DNA of 63,978 nt, counting the filler, from Platydemus manokwari (lineage: Eukaryota), in NCBI GenBank assembly GCA_037951405.1. It is 6 parts of 6 records of this genome, joined end to end, with 100 filler letters (N's around TTAATTAATTAA, not from the genome) between each part and the next. Parts side by side here need not be neighbours in the genome. Positions count along the whole stretch, not along the records: positions 54,205 to 63,978 come from JBBMOY011206210.1; 5 more parts are not named here. One strand, written 5' to 3'. Each line of letters starts with the position of its first letter. Position 1 is the stretch's first letter. Positions 56,501 to 63,978 of this stretch are shown piece after piece. The notes under the pieces are model-generated. The model saw only the letters and a list, made by a program, of their open reading frames with translations, made no database searches and was not told the DNA's origin. The translations under genes and the position numbers were made by a program.

Positions 56501-59500
56501 GAGATGCTGTAAAAAAAACTTTATCTTTATTTAAGTAATGCTGGGTTTAGCATCTTTGAATGCCACATGCACAATTAGTTTCCCTTTGTCACTAGATGAA
56601 TTGTGATTTAGCTCTAAGACATAAAATGCTTACAAAGCAATAAAAATGATTTTTTATATCTTCAAGATATGTTTTAACCCGAATGACTTTGATCACATCG
56701 CGCTCACTAGATTTAATGGGATAATGACATGATTTATTTTGCTCAAATCAAAAATTTATTATCAATGATTTGTTAATAGACTAATAAATTGATTGGAAAT
56801 AATTCAAGCAATACGAATAATAAATAAATCGATATAATAATCATAATCAATGTAATACAAAATAACAAATGTGTGACCCTGGGTTTTAAAAGAAAGCAAG
56901 TACAGTGACCTGAAAATGCTAAAAATTGTCCAGAGAACTAAATGGCGCTTTACTTGAACTGGAAACTATAGAAATAATTTTAGATTACTTTCAATTTTTG
57001 TTGGACATTTATAAAATATTTATATAACAAATTATTATGAATTTCCTTTCGAGGATTGAAATAATTTGAGTAGGAATAATATGAAAATAAACTGAATAGG
57101 TTAAGAAAAATTTGAAAAGGTAATATGCAATTGTATGAATTAACTGATGATGTCCACATATGTGATTCGAGAATGCGCAAATAGTCATGAGACTATTACT
57201 ACTGAATTAAAGTGCGAAATTATAGTGTAAAATTATGAGTTTTCTCCTACCTTATACTGTTTTTGTTTTGTGGTTTTTTGTGAATCATATTTTCTTAATT
57301 TGCAATTTACTATGGTTATTTACTACATACCATGTTGATGTGAATTTTAATTTAAAAATAAATATTTTACTATTAAATTGTCATGCCAAAAACAATGAAT
57401 AATATACAAGTAATCGTGAAAAATCGGAATTTTATACTTTAATTATTAATACCCACAATCAATTATAATTTATGTCTTATATACAACAATATTATTTTTA
57501 TCATAATTAAATTTTGTCATTATTTTAGAGCAATTTTCTAATATTAAATATATTATAGGAAAAACTTTCTGTAATTTTAGTATGCATCTCAAAAGTGTTG
57601 CGGTTTGAAATTAGTTCACAAAAAAATTTTGGATCAATCTTCAAATGTCGGCTGAATGAATTTCCCTGAAGAAATTTCTCAGTCATAGAACATCGCATAA
57701 TGATTAAAGAATGAATTGTTGAATTAAATTCAAATTCATCAGTTGTTACATAAATTTTGCAAATGACACTTTCTTAATATATGTATCATAAAATTTGTTG
57801 TCACAATAAAAGTTTTACAAATATATACTCAGATATCGTTAGGTTTACTGAACAGATATGATAGTTTGTTAAATGAAGAATCAGATAGTCTGCTGGCACA
57901 CCAGTTTCGCTGCCCTTTATGCTTTTAGGGGTTGGATAGGACTACGGAATCCATAATTTCATAATTCACTGGTGAATTCGAAACTATCCAAATTAATTTA
58001 CGATTATTATTCTTTACAACTTTCAATTGGTTAACTGTTGCAAGTACATTTCGATTTCATATCCTAAATTAGTTTGTTTACCAGTTCAACATTAAGATGA
58101 CTAGACACATGTTTGTTTAAATTTTAGTACTGTGTACAAAAGAAAAATTGCTGAAAAATAATAAATAGCCAACTTGAATATATAGGAAAATCATAAATTC
58201 AATTAATATCATGATAAAAATAAATTGATAATGAAATTTAATAACTTTTCATACTCCTGATACTATTAATAGCTTTTTAATAATTGAAAAGATATCCTAG
58301 AAAAAATTACACTACTTCATTAGTTCTTGAGAAGATTTGCATTACCTCTAAAAATACAAATTTAGATCTTAATAATTTAAGAATTTACTTTGAACTATCA
58401 AATATTAAATTGTCTCAAATGAATTTAATCTATGCTTTATAAAACGACTGCTTTGGAAGTAAAAATTAGGAATGATTATCACTTTGTTTCCAAGTAGAAT
58501 ATAATTAACGGTATCATTTAATGTGTTTGTTTTAATAAATTATTAACACGATTGATGGGAATTTTCAAACTGTTATTCTTTAAATAAATTTCATTAGACT
58601 AAGAAATAAAGCCGAAAGATACCAATATTTTCATACGTCACGTTTAAAAAATTTTTAATAAAGATTTTCAATATTTTAATTTCAAGATTTATATTATAGT
58701 TCTTATCTTGAAATTTATGGAATATTTAATGATTCGAAAACTGGTTCGTTATAGTTTCGTTTGTCAAAAATAATGTCTATGTTATTTAAATTTAAGCCAT
58801 ATTTTAATTTTCCATAATTTCAACTCATTTAGGATTGTTTCTATTGAAAAATATCAGAATAGAAAGTTAGATTTTCCACAAATTAGCTGATTAGAAATTG
58901 AAAAATAAGAATTTTCAAATTTGATCTTCATTATATTTGTTATTGTTAATATAATTTGGTTATTGTTGTCCTGGTTATTGGTAGTTTTTTAATTAAATTT
59001 TGATGTGTAATTTGAAATAAAGTTTCCATGAAATAGTTTTGGTTTATTTTCAACTTGTTGAATATATATATAAAATCCCAGAAAGAATGCATGTTTTGTC
59101 AACCACAAGTACTTCTCAGTACTGTACAAATATAAACGAATCCGTTTTGCATGTATTGACTGAAATTAGAAATGAACCATATTCGCTGCACAGTTTATAT
59201 TTGTGTGTATTACTTGTTCTCAACTTCTATTCGATGTTCTGATTCTCAAGATTCCGATTAGAGCAAATGATTTATATTACTTGGATTGGTCAATACTTTT
59301 GTGTGTCGTTTTCATAAATTGAAATAGAGGTTCAAAGTTGGTAATGGTCGCAGTTTTTCACGAGAATCTTTTTCTACACTCGACAAATTTAAAGATGTCT
59401 TATCATGATGTACTAATATTTATTCGTAAACATTGATATTCGAGATACCCATATATTAAAATATGTGATGTATATGGTTTTTTCGATCGATCCATGAATC

Positions 59501-60120
59501 ACAGTTCGCTAGTTCAATCATACAATCAATTCAACATTTCATTCAATTTTGTCTCCGCCATCCAGTCGATGTTGTCTTGGAAATCTTATTTTTAAGGCTG
59601 TATTTGTTGCTATCCTCGACTTTAAGCAGGCAAGTGCTATTTTACTTTTTCATTTATTGATATGCTGCCAATGTATAGAAAAGAAGCCCTATTTAATTTT
59701 TGATTTCAAATTGAGAAGACTTTCATTGTTCAAAAATTCATGAAAATTAAAGTTAAATACAATCGGTTAAACCACTCAAATCTTTGCAATATGCTACGAA
59801 TTTTTAAAATTTATCATAAGGTTTATTGATAGGATTTCTTAATAATTTATTTCAATAAGACTTAACTTTATTCAAAAGATCGATTAAAAACATTAAATTA
59901 ATAAAATATATTGATAACAGTATTTATGAAATCAAGCAATATCCATTAAAGTCAAACAAGTGTTTCAGCAAATTATTACAGATATCATTGGGCTCAACGT
60001 CGGTGTGAAGACTTTGCAAAGTGTAATCATATTTTCCATAAATATTAGTTTCAATAACTATTGATGAATGAAGTTGAATTCTCATTTTTACGAATAGTTT
60101 CTAACTCAACACAGTGTGAA

Positions 60121-60544
60121 TTATACGTTTTGGATTAACGAGCCAATTAATGAGCATAGTTTGTTGTTGATAAATAAATCCCACATTAGAAATCGAAATT
60201 GGCGGTTAGACAGTAAATAAATAAAAAAGTTGGCAAAAGAATCGATTGCGGCAGCAAAATTCACGACCATTCCGATTATTTCTGCTCTGTAATTCATTCC
60301 GGCTCCGAAGAAAACTTTAATGCTATACATTACTTTACTAAATAAAAGTGGCATTTCACAAATGCTGAACATAATGCATAGCATAATTATCAATCGGCCT
60401 CCGCTATTGGTTTTCTTGGAGTTATTGGATTTACTTCGAGATTGATTTCGATCTTTGGAGAGTTGTTTCTGTGGCACTATAGAAGTTACTTCTTCCGCTA
60501 TTTCTGATATTTGATGGATATTTAATTTTCCTGTAGAGAGAGGA
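60121..60544 (-). CDS. Last exon of a class A (rhodopsin-like) peptide GPCR (IL3-TM6-TM7-H8)
   Basis: Acceptor ttttttcag at 60545-60547. TM6 LIIMLCIMFSICEMP (FxxCxxP), TM7 DSFANFFIY and helix 8 NRQFR. The NFxIY variant is typical of FMRFamide/myosuppressin/sex-peptide-type receptors. Confidence 0.85.
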
Positions 60545-61628
60545 CTGAAAAAATAATTAACAATTAACTGAACGGTTTCGAAATCAATTAAACAATTAAA
60601 ACAATAGGAACACTTTCAGTGAAAATTTCGGTTTCCAGCTTATCTTACTCTTTGTAAAGTAAAGAATTAATATTAAGCAATGGGTGTTTTGAGAAGTTAA
60701 CAGAATAGGCGTAGTGATTTGATAATTTGAATATATAAATTAGAAATAGGTTTATAGGTTTAATAAATTTATTCAGATAGATTCAAACAATTTAAACAGA
60801 TATGAAAATGAAGTTTTTCTGCTGCTTCGATTAACATCTGGCTATTAAAATGTTTAAATTTATTTTTGATGTAAACAATCAACAAATATCTCTTGGAATA
60901 TCCCGATATTTGTGAAATAAGAAAATCAACTATAAAATATATTTCCATTAATGGTAAATTTTCTTTCAAATATCATCTGAAACGTAAGAATTTATGTTGT
61001 GCATATTAGTTCCTGCAATTTTCAGGTTAGGAATTATATCATTTACATAATTTTCCGTTTTTGATTATTGTTTATAGCTTACAAAATCGCTGGCTTAATA
61101 AAATAAAGCTTTTCAATCGGATTTATGATATATTAAATGAGTTGTTTCTACCAGAATATTCTCTTTCACTCATTTATTTTTTTTTCATTTGCTTGTTTCG
61201 AAATTTTAATGTCCGAGTTAATATTGTCAATTATATTTAATTAAGGATGCTTCACACAAATTCTAAGATTAATATAAAACATGCATGTGAAGCGTTACGT
61301 TTTTATTCAAACACAACAAAAACTTCACTCAGTTTATGTTCAAATAGTAATTCAGTTTTCGAAATGATGGTAATCATTGTTCATTTCGATTGATAATCTG
61401 TTCACTATTAGCGATGAAATAAACGCCAAGCAAGCTAGAAATAACATTCATGATAAGTTATTATGTGAAAATCATTTCTTAGTTTTGACATATAGGGATC
61501 GGCAAAAAATTTTGTTTTTCTACGTCGATGAAATTTTATCAAAATTAAAAAAAATACAATTTAATACATTTATTTGTGAAAACCGCATGTGGAATTATAC
61601 TAAAAGTGTTAGTAGACCATAACAGAGC

Positions 61629-62040
61629 CTAAACATAGTCTCCATCAGCTTCAATAACACTCTGGGGGTGACGTGTAAAATTTTGAAACTCGCTAGCGAG
61701 CTTGGCCTTCGATGTTGACTCCAAAGATTGGCTAAAATCGTTGCCCATCTCTCCTGAATTACTGAAATTTTTTCCACGTCTGTAGCAATCGTAGTTCTTG
61801 AAGATAAAGTGATTCATGGGGTTTATTATCCGGTGAGTATACCATCTGCTTTAATAGAGACACGCGATGTTCTTCAAGTCAAAGTGGAATTAACTGTGCT
61901 GCGTGAGGTCTGGCATTCTCATGCTGAACGACCATTCCTTAAAAATTCAATCTTGTTTGAAAGCTTAAAATCATATTCTGCAGGAATTGTAGGTATCTCT
62001 CAGTGTTTATAGATCCACCAACATGAAGAATTTCGAAATA
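61629..62040 (-). mobile_element. Decayed mariner-like transposase (catalytic C-terminal half) lying 5' of the GPCR exon
   Basis: MVVQHENARPHAA (=HDNARPH), YSPD, F.F....RGKNF and terminal VIEADGDYV*; contains a stop and a frameshift. Confidence 0.8.
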
Positions 62041-63978
62041 CGTGAGTAATTTTGCATAGTTGTTGGCAACAATAATAGTTTCAAATATTCGAAAATAAAA
62101 ATTATTTTGCCATGACTGTTAAAGGAAATGGAATTATTTTCCAAACAATGTATTTATTTGAGAGAAACAACAACTATGCCACTGTGTTTTGATAAATGTC
62201 GACATAATAATATTTCTCTCACAAATAAAATCGATGAAGTTCTATAACTACAACCTGCATTATGAGGTGATACAATCACTGAAAGACATTTATATGAGAT
62301 CAATATTCAAAATCCACTTTTAAAGTCTCTTTATCAAAATTTTCTGTACAAATAAAAGGATATCAAATTTTGAAAAATTGTCAAAACATTTTAATCAAGA
62401 GTTTAATATGAATCAAATTTCTACGTCATCCGGAACTGAATTTCGTCAGGATATGACAAGTGAATTTGTTCATTTTTTCCTGACTTATTTTCAGATAAAA
62501 TTTATGGAAATCTCAAAATTATTAACACAACAATCTTATTGTTATATTAAAGCTTATTTTGACCAACTTTGTTTCAGATAAAGATCTGTTCGAAGAGTAA
62601 AATTTTATAATAATGGCAGCACTTTCAATAATAATAATAATTTAATGATTATGATTTAATATAATAATTGATTAAATTCGTGCTATTATTCTCAAAATCT
62701 GACAATTGTTGTAAAATTATTCCATGAATTACTTGTAGTAAAATATTGATTAATTGTTAGCCAATACTATTTCATAAAACACCCATTTAAAAACGAACTG
62801 AAAAGTCACGACACACAAAATTATATTTAATAACAATAATTTAAACAAATTTACATATAAATCGGATTATTTTTAAATTTAATTTTTAATAATCATCACC
62901 ATTATTTTTAAAATTCTCACATTATTAATTATTGGTTTTGAAATTTTTTGCAATATTTAGTCCTACTAATTTCTGGTTGGCGTAAATGTAACTCTTGTGA
63001 CAAATATACCGTGACAAACTATTATTGATGTGGAGAAATGGTTTGAATAATTCCGTTGTGATCTCATTAATTAAAACGAATAAATCATTTATAATAACCA
63101 GGTGAGAAAACGAGCCAAATGTCATAACGAAAAATCATGAGCTATTATTAACATTATTTTTCATAAATAGAAACGATAAATGACCAATGATTATTACATT
63201 ATGAGTTATTGTTATTAATGAGGCCACACAATTAAACTCCGTTAATAAAATATCATGTAAAATCATTCAAATGAGCAAAGATGATTAAATCTAAACTAAT
63301 AAAAAAAAGTTATTATAAAGACAGATATCTGACTAATAATAAACGCTGAGGCCTAGCAACTGTTTCATCATATCGTCTCTCCATAGCCTCATTTTAATGA
63401 CTTTAAGTTTAATGAAGATAATCACAGAACATTTTAGTAGGAATTTTTTAAAGTATATACACTAGATTGACTTCCCGAATTATGAAATGGTCTTAAAAAA
63501 TATTTGGAAGTAAATGTTATTGAGAATAACCATTAGTTAATGTGGTTAAAATAATTTGAGCAGCTCAGGCAATAAGGCATAAACCTCATTAATAAACATC
63601 TTACAAGCAACTTGTAAACTTTTTGGACTGACAGATACTTCGATGTACTGGTTGGTTTTATTCATATTGTAAATATTGTTCGAAATCTATCGCATAAAAA
63701 TAAAAGAAATAGAAAGTTCATATGCTTATAAAAACCACATTATTCAAAATTTTTTAATAAAAAAATCTTAAAAAAGTTGCAATTTCGATGATAAAATTTA
63801 TGATGATTCTTAAGTTATTATAAAGGGGATGTTTTTAAGTAGTATTTGTTAGAAAGTGCAATTTCTATTTGAGATGTACTGTTTTCTGAATAATAATAAA
63901 TAATGATAATAATAATAACAAAAATAAAAATAACAATAATAATAATGCTTATGATGATAATAATAATAATGTCAACAA

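Noticed and set aside
62925-63200. Possible TM1/TM2 exon of the GPCR at 60121
   Set aside because: In-frame stop, no convincing GN or LxxxD motifs and no splice phase linking it.

Overview
Very AT-rich eukaryotic (metazoan-looking) DNA. It consists of six ~9-12 kb contigs joined by an artificial 100-nt linker (N44-TTAATTAATTAA-N44), so adjacency across linkers cannot be trusted. I reconstructed two complete spliced genes by hand: a compact 12-exon SMARCAD1/Fun30-type SNF2 remodeller (12677-16151,+) and a 9-exon RECQ1/RECQL helicase (26746-32528,+). Both have many 44-58 nt GT-AG introns. Partial genes are the C-terminal exons of a flavin amine oxidase, a short RING-IBR gene resembling HOIL-1/RBCK1, the last exon of a peptide-type class A GPCR, and probable GPCR pseudogene pieces. 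The rest is mostly decayed transposons: Ty3/gypsy pol fragments, several solo-LTR families, an RLE-type (R2/NeSL-like) LINE, two mariner remnants and a pogo/Tigger-like end. The least explained parts are (i) membrane-anchored and orphan ORF remnants lying beyond a gypsy 3' LTR, (ii) the RING-IBR gene that seems to lack its catalytic RING2, and (iii) a 1.7 kb decayed orphan coding block. Composition, intron size and repeat content would fit a flatworm such as a planarian, but that is only inference. I found no tRNA, rRNA or CRISPR array, and no clearly novel multi-gene system.
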